A DNA stretch of 64,000 nt. It comes from a virus (taxonomy: Duplodnaviria > Heunggongvirae > Uroviricota > Caudoviricetes). Position numbers and translations under genes: made by a program. Below the pieces are notes generated by a model. The model did not search any database. It was not told the DNA's origin and saw only the letters and a program-made list of their open reading frames with translations. Of this stretch, positions 10,001-20,819 are shown piece by piece. Numbering within the stretch: the first letter of the stretch is position 1; each line of letters begins with the position of its first letter. Location: the IMG/VR virus record IMGVR_UViG_2675903278_000002; one strand, given 5' to 3'.

Positions 10001-11086
10001 ATGACTTTGCCATACGGCGTCATTTCTGACTGCCACTACCACAAATGGGATGCGTTCTCCACGACGAACGCTGAGGGGCTTAACTCCAGACTTGAAATAC
10101 AGTTGGAAGCAACGAAAGAAGCAGCCATCGCCATGAAGAAGGCCGGTTGTAAGTACATGTTGGTTGCCGGTGATACATTTCACGTCCGAGGAACTGTGTC
10201 CCCTTCTGTTTTGCATTACGTAACTGAAACGTACAAGTGGATTATCAACGAGCTTGATCTGACAGTAGTAATGCTGGCCGGTAATCACGATCTTGAAACC
10301 AACGATTCAGTATATAGCGCCAACGCAGCAGCATCGCTGAGTTCTATCGGCGTGGTAATCGTATGTGGCAAGCGCCCACACTCAATAAAAATTGGTGATG
10401 TGACTGTCCACCTGATTAGCTGGCGTAACAATCATGCGGAGCTTATCAGCGATCTGAAAGCATTACGTAAGAGCGTAGAAGGTGATAATCATGACGTTGT
10501 TATCCATACATCCATTAACAAAGCCATTCCAACAATGCCTGACGTCGGTATCGATGCGCAGGAGTTAAAGGATATCGGCTTTCGTCTCGTGCTTAGTGGG
10601 CATTACCACAACCACAAAGAGGTCATTCCTGGAGTTATCAGTGTCGGTGCACTGACTCATCAAAATTGGGGAGATGTTGGATCTCTGGCTGGCTACATGA
10701 TCGTAAACCCGGACGGCAGTTTCAGTCACTACGAAACCAGTGCGCCTAAATTCATTAACCTGGAAGATGATGTTGCTGATGACCAAATTCGCGGCAACTA
10801 CGTGCGTTTCCGCGCCGTAATTGAGAACGATGAAGAAGGCATTAAGTACCAGAACATCCTCAAAACAATGGGTGCAAAAGGTGTCGTGTGCAACTTCATC
10901 CGTAAGTCATCAATGATGGAAGGTACAGCCAGCACAACTGAAACCAGCAAAATCGATAGCCTGGGAGAGTCGGTATCTGCTTATTGCAAGATTGTCCACG
11001 ATACTGACGGCGGATTTGATCTGAGCAAATTGGATATTTTGTGTCAGGAAATCCTCACCGAAGCGGAGAGTTCGGAGGCTGTGTGA
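10001..11086 (+). CDS. SbcD/Mre11-family nuclease (T4 gp47-like)
   Basis: calcineurin-like phosphoesterase motifs (DCHYH, GDTFH, GNHD, GHYHNH); conserved leader upstream. Confidence 0.85.
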   Translation: MTLPYGVISDCHYHKWDAFSTTNAEGLNSRLEIQLEATKEAAIAMKKAGCKYMLVAGDTFHVRGTVSPSVLHYVTETYKWIINELDLTVVMLAGNHDLETNDSVYSANAAASLSSIGVVIVCGKRPHSIKIGDVTVHLISWRNNHAELISDLKALRKSVEGDNHDVVIHTSINKAIPTMPDVGIDAQELKDIGFRLVLSGHYHNHKEVIPGVISVGALTHQNWGDVGSLAGYMIVNPDGSFSHYETSAPKFINLEDDVADDQIRGNYVRFRAVIENDEEGIKYQNILKTMGAKGVVCNFIRKSSMMEGTASTTETSKIDSLGESVSAYCKIVHDTDGGFDLSKLDILCQEILTEAESSEAV

Positions 11087-11315
11087 AGCAAAGTCGTTAT
11101 GGGAGCTTTCGAGACTTTGCCATCACGATGAAAAGACTTGAACGAGGCCAGACGGTGATGTTTCACAAGCCCTACCCGCCACAAGGAAATCCCGTAGCGT
11201 TTTATCTTGGAAGGTTAACAAGAAAAGGCGTATTGAGGCGCAGATCCTTCCCGGCGCATACGGAGTTCAGATTGAAAGAAGGCCAAAAGCTAACACGCGG
11301 TATCAGAGGTGTTAT

Positions 11316-13232
11316 ATGAAGTTTTTAAAGCTCCAGGTTGAGAATTTTATGGCTATCGCCAGCGCGGAGGTCGAGTTAGATCAGCGTGGTTTAGTGCTTA
11401 TTCAGGGTGTTAATAGTGATGATAGTTCCGCATCAAGTAATGGCTCTGGAAAGTCAACTCTAATGAATAGCCTGATGTGGTGTCTTTATGGCGAAACAGC
11501 TCATGGTGTGAAGGGTGACGATGTGTTGTCTACCGACCATGAAAAGAACTGTCGTGTTGCAGTAACCATCGAGGATGAAGGCAAGAGATACGCAATCATT
11601 CGTCACCGTAAACACAAAGAGTTCAAAAATCGTCTTATCGTTCGTGGTGAAGATGGCGATATGACGAAAGGCAAAGATGCGCTGACGCAGGAGTTCGTCG
11701 AGCGTCTGATCGGTGCATCTAAAGAGGTTTTCATGGCTTCCATCTATGCGAGCCAAGAAGCTATGCCAGATTTACCTGGAATGTCCGACAAAAACCTCAA
11801 AACCATCGTAGAAGAAGCCGCTGGCGTTGACAGACTGACACGCGCCTACGCTATTGCTCGTGAGCGAGCTAATGCAGCTGCCGCACGTATGGATGTGGTT
11901 AAAACCAAATTGGAGTCGACAATCTCGACCATTGAGGCAACACAGTCAGAAATTGAGTCAGCGAAAGCCTCCTCTGAATCATGGGAGCAAGAGCGTTCTA
12001 AACGTTATGACGATGCCCTGGCTGGGCTGGCCAGTGCCGAAGTTGAGTTAACGGAAGTTGAACTTGAGATCCGCACTCTTCCCGAACAGATACGTGATAC
12101 CGAGAAGGCAATCGAAAGTGAGCGCAAAAAGTTAGCCTCAAAAGAAGAACATGACGCCAAGTTGCTCAAAGTTCGTGGTGCGATAACTGATATTCGGGCA
12201 AGCATCAAAGCTACAGAAAATAGTCAGGCTGATGCAATGAACCGCGCGCGTAATTTTAAGACCAAAGCAGAAGAGGTTGGTACTAAAGTGGGATCACCAT
12301 GCCCTACTTGTGGCAAAGCCTACTGCGAAGAAGATCTATCAACGGTGAAGGAGAGTTTCATTGAACAAGCACGTCAGGAAATTGGTCAGGCGAAGACACT
12401 TGCAGAGGCAATGGCTAAACACAAAACGAATCTTGAGAAAGCGTTAAGCATTGAGTCTGCCCTTGTTAAAACGACACCTGATGTAACGGCTATCATTGCC
12501 CGGATTGAAGAGCTTACGAAACAACTCTCATCTTTGCGTCATCGTGAGAAGGAGGTTGTTGCTATTGAGTCTCTTGTGACTCGTGCTCGTACTGAGGTCG
12601 ATCGTATATCAAAAGAGATTAATCCGTTTATTGCTCTTATCGCCAGACACGAAGATAACTTGGTATCCAGTAAGTCTACCTTCAAGTCCTTAAAAGATGA
12701 GTCGAAGGCTATTCAGGAACAAACGTTGCTATTGGAAAAAGCTCGTCAGGTCTACTCTCCTGCCGGGGTGCGTTCTCATATTTTGACGTCTGTTACGCCT
12801 TTCCTGAATACACGCACTGCCGAGTATCTCAATACGTTGTCTGACGGGAATATTACTGCTGAGTGGTCGACGATGGATGTCACTAAAAAAGGTGAGTATC
12901 GCGACAAATTCAACATTAGTGTGCAGAAGAAAGGTTCAAGTAAGTCGTTCCAGACCCTCTCTGGTGGTGAGAAGCGGAAGGTTCGCATTGCGTGTTCTTT
13001 GGCATTGCAGGATCTGGTTAGTAACCGGGCGAGTAAAAACATCGATTTGTTTATCGGCGACGAAATTGACGATGCACTCGATACAGCCGGTCTTGAACGC
13101 CTCATGGGTATTCTGGAGTCCAAAGCTCGCGAGCGAGGTACTGTGCTGATTATCTCCCATAAAGAGATGAAGTCATGGTTCCGGGAAACTATTACGCTGG
13201 AAGTTAAAGAGGGGCGCAGCTATGTCGTTTAA
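11316..13232 (+). CDS. SbcC/Rad50-family ATPase (T4 gp46-like)
   Basis: Walker A GSGKST, long coiled coil with CPTCG zinc hook, ABC signature LSGGEKRK, Walker B LFIGDEID. Confidence 0.85.
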   Translation: MKFLKLQVENFMAIASAEVELDQRGLVLIQGVNSDDSSASSNGSGKSTLMNSLMWCLYGETAHGVKGDDVLSTDHEKNCRVAVTIEDEGKRYAIIRHRKHKEFKNRLIVRGEDGDMTKGKDALTQEFVERLIGASKEVFMASIYASQEAMPDLPGMSDKNLKTIVEEAAGVDRLTRAYAIARERANAAAARMDVVKTKLESTISTIEATQSEIESAKASSESWEQERSKRYDDALAGLASAEVELTEVELEIRTLPEQIRDTEKAIESERKKLASKEEHDAKLLKVRGAITDIRASIKATENSQADAMNRARNFKTKAEEVGTKVGSPCPTCGKAYCEEDLSTVKESFIEQARQEIGQAKTLAEAMAKHKTNLEKALSIESALVKTTPDVTAIIARIEELTKQLSSLRHREKEVVAIESLVTRARTEVDRISKEINPFIALIARHEDNLVSSKSTFKSLKDESKAIQEQTLLLEKARQVYSPAGVRSHILTSVTPFLNTRTAEYLNTLSDGNITAEWSTMDVTKKGEYRDKFNISVQKKGSSKSFQTLSGGEKRKVRIACSLALQDLVSNRASKNIDLFIGDEIDDALDTAGLERLMGILESKARERGTVLIISHKEMKSWFRETITLEVKEGRSYVV

Positions 13233-13965
13233 ATTAAGCCGCTCGCAGTTTTTGCAGGTATTTGCAGTGATGCAGTCGATAAAACTGATCAATGGGCATA
13301 CTTCCAATGGTGCGGCTCCACGTATTCTGTGGGGCAGCAACAATATTGACGGAGTACAATTCGCCGCGTTGCTTGGTCTAATATCCGAGACGCCATTGAT
13401 GCAAAGTTTGAAATCACTACCACCTGGATGTATTGCGCCGATCCTGATTAATCCTTTTGTTGAGGGGGGATATCTTCCCAACGTCGGGCCTGGGTTTATT
13501 GCATCCCATGAAACTGAAGATCTTAACATTAATAGCGAAGGGTTCTTTGGGGGAATGGGTGCGCATCACTGTATGGCTTTCACGAACCTTATTCGACTTG
13601 CCAATAAGCGGGTGGATAGTTTGGCATCGCCAGGTGATGCTTTTACTGGTTTCCTTATCCAAAGGAGGGATAAAAAGTACAGTGCGGACAAACTACAGTT
13701 TGTTGGTAAGTATGGAGAAATGGTAGAAATCGAACTTCAGCTCCCTCATGTTTTAGCAAACGATAGTGCAGACAGTCGGAGGCTATTGGGCATCATGCGT
13801 CATTTCATAGCAAGTGGTGTTAAACATGCCGCAGATAAACGTGTCACGCAGGAAAATGAGTATTCAGACTTTGCAAACTATCCCCAACCAACGTTGCAAA
13901 CGGCAATAGTAGCCAATTCGTTGGAGGCGAGATTATTGGAAAACCCTATATGGGGAACATGGTAA
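13222..13965 (+). CDS. hypothetical protein
   Basis: 247-aa ORF overlapping the SbcC-like stop by 11 nt. Confidence 0.5.
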   Translation: MSFKLSRSQFLQVFAVMQSIKLINGHTSNGAAPRILWGSNNIDGVQFAALLGLISETPLMQSLKSLPPGCIAPILINPFVEGGYLPNVGPGFIASHETEDLNINSEGFFGGMGAHHCMAFTNLIRLANKRVDSLASPGDAFTGFLIQRRDKKYSADKLQFVGKYGEMVEIELQLPHVLANDSADSRRLLGIMRHFIASGVKHAADKRVTQENEYSDFANYPQPTLQTAIVANSLEARLLENPIWGTW

Positions 13966-13974
13966 GGAGACTAT

Positions 13975-14544
13975 ATGAGTAAAAAAATCAGCGTAGTTGG
14001 TGTTGATCCCTCAATGAGCAACTTTGGGCTTGCTGTGGGCACTTTAGACCTTGAGACGGACGAACTTGAGATTCACGGCCTTACTCTTGTTGAGACTAAA
14101 GCGGGGAGTAACAAAAAGACCGTTCGTGTGAACAGTGACGATCTGCGCCGCGCCAGTGAAATATGGCGTGTTGCGAAGCCAATCATTGATAAGGCAAATA
14201 TGGTTTTTTGTGAGCTACCGGTTGGGAGCCAAAACTCTCGTTCGCAGACGTCTTACGGTATTTGTATCGGTGTACTTGCGTGTGTGGATAAGCCATTGAT
14301 CCAGGTTACTCCAAACGAAATCAAGCATTTTGTCGGCAATAAACTTACTACATCGAAAGAAGAGATTATCCAGTGGGCTACGAAAAAACACCCTAAAGCA
14401 CCGTGGCTGCGTCGTAAGCAATCTGGACAGGATGTTCTCGTGAACAAAAACGAACATTTGGCTGATGCGGTGGCTGCCATCCATACCGGTATGCAAACAG
14501 ATCAGTTCCGCCAGGTGCGCGATGTTCTTAAGTCTCTCATTTGA
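13975..14544 (+). CDS. RuvC-like Holliday junction resolvase
   Basis: N-terminal VVGVDPSMSNFGLAV and C-terminal EHLADAVAAIHTG typical of RuvC-fold resolvases. Confidence 0.65.
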   Translation: MSKKISVVGVDPSMSNFGLAVGTLDLETDELEIHGLTLVETKAGSNKKTVRVNSDDLRRASEIWRVAKPIIDKANMVFCELPVGSQNSRSQTSYGICIGVLACVDKPLIQVTPNEIKHFVGNKLTTSKEEIIQWATKKHPKAPWLRRKQSGQDVLVNKNEHLADAVAAIHTGMQTDQFRQVRDVLKSLI

Positions 14545-14578
14545 TTTCATTGATAGGTAAGTGCTTATCTATTAACAT

Positions 14579-14610
14579 GGGCCACTATATTTAGTGGCCC
14601 TCTTTATTTG
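14579..14610 (+). terminator. hairpin terminator upstream of nrdA
   Basis: GGGCCACT-ATATTT-AGTGGCCC followed by T-rich run. Confidence 0.55.
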
Positions 14611-14617
14611 GTGATAC

Positions 14618-16933
14618 ATGATAAGCATCGTAAAACGTAACGGCCAAACAGAGCCGTTATCCGAAGAAAAATACAACCGCGTCGTAATGTATGGCGTAGA
14701 AGGCATTCGTGGTGTAAGCGCATCCGCTGTAGCAATGGGAGCTGCGGCCAGCATTTTTGATGGGATTACCACCAGCCAGTTGCATGAGGCTTTGGTTAAA
14801 TCTGCCGCTGATTTGATCTCACCAGAAGCACCAAATTACTCACAGGTGGCTGCCCGCCTGAACATTTTTAAAATCCGCAAAGATGCCTTCGGTCGTTACG
14901 ACTATCCGAACTTCTACCAACACATTGTCAAGAACGTTAACAAGGGCGTTTATGACAAGGATTTGCTGACACATTATTCGTTTGAAGAGATCGAAGAACT
15001 CGGCAATTACATTAAGCCGAAACGTGACGATCTTTTTGGCTATGCAGCTACGGTGCAGTTGCAAAGCAAATACCTCGTTCAAAACCGTGTTACTGGTGAG
15101 ATTCATGAGGGGCCGCAACATATCTATATGCTGGTAGGCATGTGTCTGTTCCAGAATTGGGAAGACGACTGCGCTGGCAAAACACGTATGGAGATGGTCA
15201 AAGGTTTCTATGACGTTACAAGTACGTTCAAACTGTCTCTGCCCACACCAATCATGGCCGGCGTCCGTACTCCAACCCGTCAGTTCTCCAGTTGTGTGCT
15301 GATTGAGTCTGGCGATAGTCTGAAAGGGATTAGTGCAGCTTCAGCCGCAATTATCGACTACGTTTCACGTCGTGCTGGAATTGGTATTGGTTTTGGCCGT
15401 ATCCGTGCGCTGGGCAGCGAGATCCGCAATGGTGAAGCCACCCATACCGGAGTTATTCCATTCCTGAAGCATTTCCAGACGGCTGTTAAATCTTGTTCGC
15501 AAGGTGGTGTTCGTGGTGGCGCAGCAACAGCGTTTTACCCGATCTGGCATCTTGAAGTTGAAAGTCTGCTGGTGGTGAAAAATAACCGTGGTATTGATGA
15601 AAACCGCGTTCGCCATCTTGATTACGGCGTCATGAGTAACCGTCTAATGTACCGTCGACTCGTCAGAAGCGAGAACATCACTCTGTTCAGCCCGCATGAT
15701 GTGCCTGATATGTACGAAGCCTTCTTCACAGACCAGGAGCTGTTTGAAAAGCTGTACCATAAATACGAAGCCGATGATTCAATTCGCAAGAAGTCAGTAC
15801 CTGCCATTGAGCTGTTCTCATCTCTGATGCAGGAACGAGCGTCCACGGGCCGAATTTATATTGCGAACGTCGATCATATTAACGAGCATGGCGCTTTCAT
15901 TCCTGCTCTTGCACCTGTTCGCCAGTCAAACCTGTGCATGGAGATCACTCTACCCACTCGTCCACTGGCATTTACCGACGACCCGAACGGTGAGATCGCG
16001 CTATGCACTTTATCCGCTTTTAACCTCGGAGCCATCCGTTCACTGGAGTCTCTTAAAGAGGTGGCGTTCTATGCCGTTGCTGCACTGGATTCGTTACTGG
16101 ATTATCAAGACTATCCGATGGAGGCAGCCGAAGTGCCTGCCAAAGCTCGTCGTAGCTTGGGAATTGGTGTAACCAACTTTGCTTATTACCTGGCAAAGAA
16201 TGGCGTTCGTTATTCTGATACCGCTGGCAATAAACTGGTGCATGAAACGTTCGAAGCTATCCAGTATTACCTTCTTGATGCCAGCTGCCGACTTGCTGAA
16301 GCAAAAGGTGAGTGTGACTGGTTTGAGCAGACCAAGTACGCAATTGGTCAGTTGCCGATCGACCATTACCGTTCTTCATTAGACGAAAGTGGCGAAACCA
16401 ACTTTGAGTTAAAGATGCCGTGGGAAGAACTGCGTGAACGTATTGCAAAATACGGCCTTCGCAACTCCACACTGACGGCACAAATGCCATGCGAGACTTC
16501 CAGCCAGATCACTAATTCCACCAACGGCATCGAACCGCCTCGTGGACCGGTGTCGGTGAAATCTTCTAAGGACGGCATCGTTAAGATGGTCGTGCCTGAG
16601 TTTGAAAAACTGAAGGAACAGTATGAATACCTGTGGGATATGCCGGACAACCGCGGCTATCTGACAAAGGTGGCGATCATCCAGAAGTTCTTTGACCAGG
16701 CTATTTCAGCCAATACCAACTATGACCCTTCTCGCTTTGAAGGCGATAAAGTCCCAATGATGACGCTACTGTCAGATTTGCTTCTCGCCTACAAGATGGG
16801 AGTTAAAACGCTTTACTACCACAACACCAGAGATGGGGCAGGAAAGCGTGATGACGACGAACCGCAGAATCCACTGACGCAAGCTGTAGCCGTCGAGCCA
16901 GAAGATGAGTGCGACGGAGCCTGCAAAATCTGA
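14618..16933 (+). CDS. nrdA: ribonucleotide reductase class Ia alpha subunit
   Basis: 771 aa; catalytic-site region SNLCMEI; C-terminal Cys pair CDGACKI. Confidence 0.9.
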   Translation: MISIVKRNGQTEPLSEEKYNRVVMYGVEGIRGVSASAVAMGAAASIFDGITTSQLHEALVKSAADLISPEAPNYSQVAARLNIFKIRKDAFGRYDYPNFYQHIVKNVNKGVYDKDLLTHYSFEEIEELGNYIKPKRDDLFGYAATVQLQSKYLVQNRVTGEIHEGPQHIYMLVGMCLFQNWEDDCAGKTRMEMVKGFYDVTSTFKLSLPTPIMAGVRTPTRQFSSCVLIESGDSLKGISAASAAIIDYVSRRAGIGIGFGRIRALGSEIRNGEATHTGVIPFLKHFQTAVKSCSQGGVRGGAATAFYPIWHLEVESLLVVKNNRGIDENRVRHLDYGVMSNRLMYRRLVRSENITLFSPHDVPDMYEAFFTDQELFEKLYHKYEADDSIRKKSVPAIELFSSLMQERASTGRIYIANVDHINEHGAFIPALAPVRQSNLCMEITLPTRPLAFTDDPNGEIALCTLSAFNLGAIRSLESLKEVAFYAVAALDSLLDYQDYPMEAAEVPAKARRSLGIGVTNFAYYLAKNGVRYSDTAGNKLVHETFEAIQYYLLDASCRLAEAKGECDWFEQTKYAIGQLPIDHYRSSLDESGETNFELKMPWEELRERIAKYGLRNSTLTAQMPCETSSQITNSTNGIEPPRGPVSVKSSKDGIVKMVVPEFEKLKEQYEYLWDMPDNRGYLTKVAIIQKFFDQAISANTNYDPSRFEGDKVPMMTLLSDLLLAYKMGVKTLYYHNTRDGAGKRDDDEPQNPLTQAVAVEPEDECDGACKI

Positions 16934-16938
16934 CATAT

Positions 16939-16970
16939 GGTGGGGGATATCCCCACCTTCTCTTTGATTT
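16939..16970 (+). terminator. Rho-independent terminator after nrdA
   Basis: GGTGGGGG-ATAT-CCCCCACC hairpin then T-rich run. Confidence 0.65.
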
Positions 16971-17039
16971 GTAAGCCTTGTTTAAACACATAAGATAACA
17001 ACTTGTTTAAACGCACCAAAAAAGAAAAAGGAAAAACAC

Positions 17040-18182
17040 ATGTCATATTCAACGTTCCGTTTGGGTGCTAATGATGCAACCAAAGAGCCTATGTTCCTCG
17101 GACAATCTGTCAACGTGGCACGTTACGATCAGCAAAAATACCGTGATTTTGAAAAGTTGATTGAACGTCAATTGTCTTTCTTCTGGCGGCCGGAAGAAGT
17201 TGATATTTCGAGCGATCGTATCGACTTCAACACGAAGCTGCGGGACCACGAACGTCACATTTTTCTGAGCAATCTCCGTTATCAAACGTTACTCGATTCA
17301 GTTCAGGGACGTAGTCCAAATGCAACGCTGCTGCCGCTTATCTCTATTCCTGAACTGGAAACGTGGGTTGAAACGTGGTCTTTCTCTGAGACTATCCATA
17401 GCCGCAGCTACACCCACATTATTCGTGGCATGGTGGACGATCCGAGCATTGTTTTTGACGGTATTGTTACGGATGAAGAAATCATCAACCGAGCGATCAG
17501 TATCTCTGCTGAATATGACAGGCTTTATGGGATGACCTGCGAGCGCCAGTCGTTAGGTGAGAAGGAATTTGAGCGTCTGTACGTAAATGAATATGGCTGG
17601 GAGCCATACCCTTTGCACCGTCAGCTTTTCCGCACGTTGGTGTCCATTAATGCGCTTGAGGCGATCCGTTTCTATGTAAGTTTTGCATGTACGTTTGCCT
17701 TTGGCGAACGGAAGTTGCTTGAGGGTAACACCAAAATTATGCGCTTTATTGCCCGTGATGAAGCTCTGCATTGCGAAGGAACTGAACGCATGATCCGCTT
17801 CATGCGTACCGGTCGCGAAGGTTTATTGTGGAAAGAGATTGCTGCTGATGAAGAAAACGTCATTTACGACACCATGAAATCAGTCGCCGAACAAGAAATG
17901 AACTGGGCAGACTATCTCTTCAAAGACGGTTCGATGATTGGTTTAAACGCGGATATTCTCAAAACCTATGTAAAATACCGCACCAATCTGGCTATGAATC
18001 GTCTTGGCCTGAAGGCTTTATTTCCAGAGGTTACCACCGATCCGCTGGTCTGGATGAACAAGTGGTTGTTAACCGACACACTGCAAATTGCACCACAAGA
18101 GGCAGAGCAAAGCACATATCTGGTAGGTCAGATCGATTCTACCGTGGATAAGGCTTCTCTAAGCCAGTTTGCAGACCTGTAA
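17040..18182 (+). CDS. nrdB: ribonucleotide reductase class Ia beta subunit
   Basis: 380 aa, position after nrdA, di-iron ligand-like E/H pattern. Confidence 0.85.
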   Translation: MSYSTFRLGANDATKEPMFLGQSVNVARYDQQKYRDFEKLIERQLSFFWRPEEVDISSDRIDFNTKLRDHERHIFLSNLRYQTLLDSVQGRSPNATLLPLISIPELETWVETWSFSETIHSRSYTHIIRGMVDDPSIVFDGIVTDEEIINRAISISAEYDRLYGMTCERQSLGEKEFERLYVNEYGWEPYPLHRQLFRTLVSINALEAIRFYVSFACTFAFGERKLLEGNTKIMRFIARDEALHCEGTERMIRFMRTGREGLLWKEIAADEENVIYDTMKSVAEQEMNWADYLFKDGSMIGLNADILKTYVKYRTNLAMNRLGLKALFPEVTTDPLVWMNKWLLTDTLQIAPQEAEQSTYLVGQIDSTVDKASLSQFADL

Positions 18183-18259
18183 ACCGATACAAAGCATTAT
18201 GTGGCCTGGCAACGCTGGGCCACAATGGATCACAAGAATTAAGAAGGAACAAAACTAGC

Positions 18260-19129
18260 ATGAACTTTACCAAACTGACTGACCACCTGAAACTTGCCAC
18301 CGATCGACTCATTGGATTTAAGCCAGAACCATATGAGTTGCATGAAGGCCATGGTGTAGCCACTGAAAGTATTTACAAGATGGTCGATCAGTTTCATGAA
18401 CTCTTCCAGCATCCGAGACGCGTTATGCCGACACCAGAGCTGCTTCGTCTCCGTGCAAGCCTGATTCATGAAGAAGCTGTAGTGGAAGGTATTCCAGCCG
18501 CAATGAATGGGGATATTGAGCAACTGCTGGATGCAATGGCCGACTTTTTATACGTTGGTGTTGGTACGATGGTCGCCATCAAAGGTGGTATTTCTACCGG
18601 CATGACCTATTACACGCAGGAACAGAGCATTGATCGCTTTATGCAGACAATTTTTGTGCCCGGTAACACTGTTTTCGATGATATGGCAATGCCATTTCAG
18701 GAAGCTCGTGAGGCGTCATGTATGCTCGAAGAGCTGGCAGATAAACTTGAGAACAAGACTGTTAAGGATTCTGAGCTGATTCAGGAACTGCGCCGTGTCA
18801 TGAACAAAATCTATGTGGCGTGCATGATGACCTATCGACTGGCTGATTTCCTCGGTATCAATGTAGTCGAGCTGGTTGGCGAAATTCATCGGTCTAACAT
18901 GACAAAATTATGGCCTGCTGATGTTGAGGAACGTCGCCAGGCTGTGGCCAACTGCAAATACGACTCTTCAGATCTGGGATTCCGCCATGCTGATGGCACC
19001 GATAAGATGATCGGTTTTCGAATTTCCGATGGAAAGATTCTGAAGTCTCCAACCTATAGTGATGTCGATTTATCCTCCTTTGTTGAGCAAGCTAAAGCCT
19101 CAGCAATGTACGGAATGATCAAAAAATAA
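18260..19129 (+). CDS. putative MazG-like nucleoside triphosphate pyrophosphohydrolase
   Basis: helical segment with E..E...D..E spacing (RLRASLIHEEAVVEGIPAAMNGDIEQLLDAMADFLY); context of nucleotide-metabolism genes. Confidence 0.4.
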   Translation: MNFTKLTDHLKLATDRLIGFKPEPYELHEGHGVATESIYKMVDQFHELFQHPRRVMPTPELLRLRASLIHEEAVVEGIPAAMNGDIEQLLDAMADFLYVGVGTMVAIKGGISTGMTYYTQEQSIDRFMQTIFVPGNTVFDDMAMPFQEAREASCMLEELADKLENKTVKDSELIQELRRVMNKIYVACMMTYRLADFLGINVVELVGEIHRSNMTKLWPADVEERRQAVANCKYDSSDLGFRHADGTDKMIGFRISDGKILKSPTYSDVDLSSFVEQAKASAMYGMIKK

Positions 19130-19198
19130 TTGTAGGTAGTTATCTATCTGTGTATATTGCGTTGGCGCGTTAAATTTCTGAAACAACTATTCGTTTTT

Positions 19199-19224
19199 GG
19201 TGGCCTATGGCCACCATTTTTTTA
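19199..19224 (+). terminator. hairpin terminator upstream of thyA
   Basis: GGTGGCC-TAT-GGCCACC followed by T9. Confidence 0.6.
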
Positions 19225-19273
19225 TCTGTCTGGTCTTGTTCTCTCAATAAATGTAAACTCACGCAATGAATAA

Positions 19274-20404
19274 GTGGTTACTTATCTTTGTGAGGTTTTT
19301 GTGTCACTCCTTTTGAATCGTGAGCATACGAACGGTCAGGTAACAAACGCATCGTATGCAAAAGTTATTGAGACGGTGCTTAAAAGCGGCGTGCAGGCTG
19401 ATGATCGCACAGGCACTGGTACTTTAAGCACCTGCTACGTTCCCTCTTACTACATGCTTACTGGTGGGACTGTGCCGCTTATTTCTGGAAAGGCGGTAAA
19501 TCTTAAGCCACTGCTTGTCGAACTTGAGTGGTATCTGAAAGGCACGGGCAACATCCAATTTCTCAAGGATAACGGCGTTAAGATTTGGGATGCATGGGCC
19601 GATGAGAATGGCGATTTGGGGCCGGTTTACGGTAAGCAGTGGCGTCGATGGGAAGATACCCGCATCGTGAGCCATAGTGAATATCTGAGCAAGATCGCTA
19701 CTTTCCGTGAACGCGGGTACAAAGTCGAGGGATACCTGGGTATCAGTGAAGATCGCGTAGTGCTGTCCCGTGAAATCGATCAGCTACAGCGTATTGTCGA
19801 TACACTGCGCACGAACCCTACCGATCGTCGCATCATGCTTAACGCATGGAACGTAGGCGAGCTTGAGGATATGAAACTGCCACCTTGCCACTTTGTCTTC
19901 TCTTTGTGGAGTCGTGAGCTGGATTTTGAAACCCGTTTAACGATGGCAACTGACATTGGTCTTCAACACAGTCGCCTCGGTTATGAGTCTATCTACACCA
20001 AGATGCTATACGATCTGGAGATGGACGGCAGTGTTACTGAAACTGAACTGGATGAACTTGGAATCCCCAAACGCATCCTCAACTCCTGCCTCGTACAGCG
20101 TAGCGTAGACACTTTTGTTGGTATGCCATTCAATATTGCTGGCTATGGCATTCTCACTCATTTTCTCGCGAAGATTACGGGTCACATGGCCGGTGCATTT
20201 GTGCATTTTGGCTTTGACGTGCATTTATACAATAACCACATGGAAAGTGTGTGTGAGCTAATGAAACGACAGGCTCCAGAGCATTCAGATCCGGTCGTTA
20301 TTTTCCCTCATGAATGGTCTGAGCTGGATGATTTCAAATGGGACGATATTCTGATTCTTGGCTATGACCCTCTACCGTGGATCAAGGTTCCAGTGGCGGT
20401 GTGA
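19274..20404 (+). CDS. thyA: thymidylate synthase (ThyA family, with large insertions)
   Basis: DRTGTGT, WADENGDLGPVYGKQWRRW, catalytic LPPCH, PFNIAGY (Asn retained); start may be GTG at ~19301. Confidence 0.85.
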   Translation: MVTYLCEVFVSLLLNREHTNGQVTNASYAKVIETVLKSGVQADDRTGTGTLSTCYVPSYYMLTGGTVPLISGKAVNLKPLLVELEWYLKGTGNIQFLKDNGVKIWDAWADENGDLGPVYGKQWRRWEDTRIVSHSEYLSKIATFRERGYKVEGYLGISEDRVVLSREIDQLQRIVDTLRTNPTDRRIMLNAWNVGELEDMKLPPCHFVFSLWSRELDFETRLTMATDIGLQHSRLGYESIYTKMLYDLEMDGSVTETELDELGIPKRILNSCLVQRSVDTFVGMPFNIAGYGILTHFLAKITGHMAGAFVHFGFDVHLYNNHMESVCELMKRQAPEHSDPVVIFPHEWSELDDFKWDDILILGYDPLPWIKVPVAV

Positions 20405-20405
20405 T

Positions 20406-20819
20406 ATGGCAAGAGGTATGTATGTCTTATGCGAAATTGAAGGTGTGCTGGCAAATGCCAGCCATCGTAAATCAGTATCTGACGCGGATGCAGGCCAGCT
20501 CATTGCCGGTGATGAACTCATTTTCCCCACCAGCCGTATGTTGCGTGGTTTTGCTCGCTCAGGGGCTGAAGTGGTGCTTATCAGTAGCCGCTCTGAAACT
20601 CTTGAAGCGCCAACTAAACGATGGCTGAAAGATTTTGGCGTTGATTATGACTGGCTTCATCTCGTACCGAATGGCACCAGTTATGAGAAGCATATTAAGC
20701 GCACATTAGCGGAGCATAAAGGCGATCTGCTTATCGCTGCGCTGGTGCACGATCCTCGACTCCGTGCCGCTTTAGCCGACTCTCACCATCGACCGGTCAT
20801 CTATGAGGTGAGCAAATGA
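20406..20819 (+). CDS. hypothetical protein
   Basis: 137 aa; ATG 2 nt after thyA stop; no canonical motif recognised. Confidence 0.45.
   Translation: MARGMYVLCEIEGVLANASHRKSVSDADAGQLIAGDELIFPTSRMLRGFARSGAEVVLISSRSETLEAPTKRWLKDFGVDYDWLHLVPNGTSYEKHIKRTLAEHKGDLLIAALVHDPRLRAALADSHHRPVIYEVSK

Noticed and set aside
11129-11319. Small ORF in the 230-bp gap between the SbcD-like and SbcC-like genes (ORF track 11041..11319)
   Set aside because: Track ORF overlaps the SbcD-like 3' end in another frame; an internal ATG at 11129 would give ~63 aa but has weak RBS and Arg/Gly-rich low-complexity sequence; left unannotated as uncertain.
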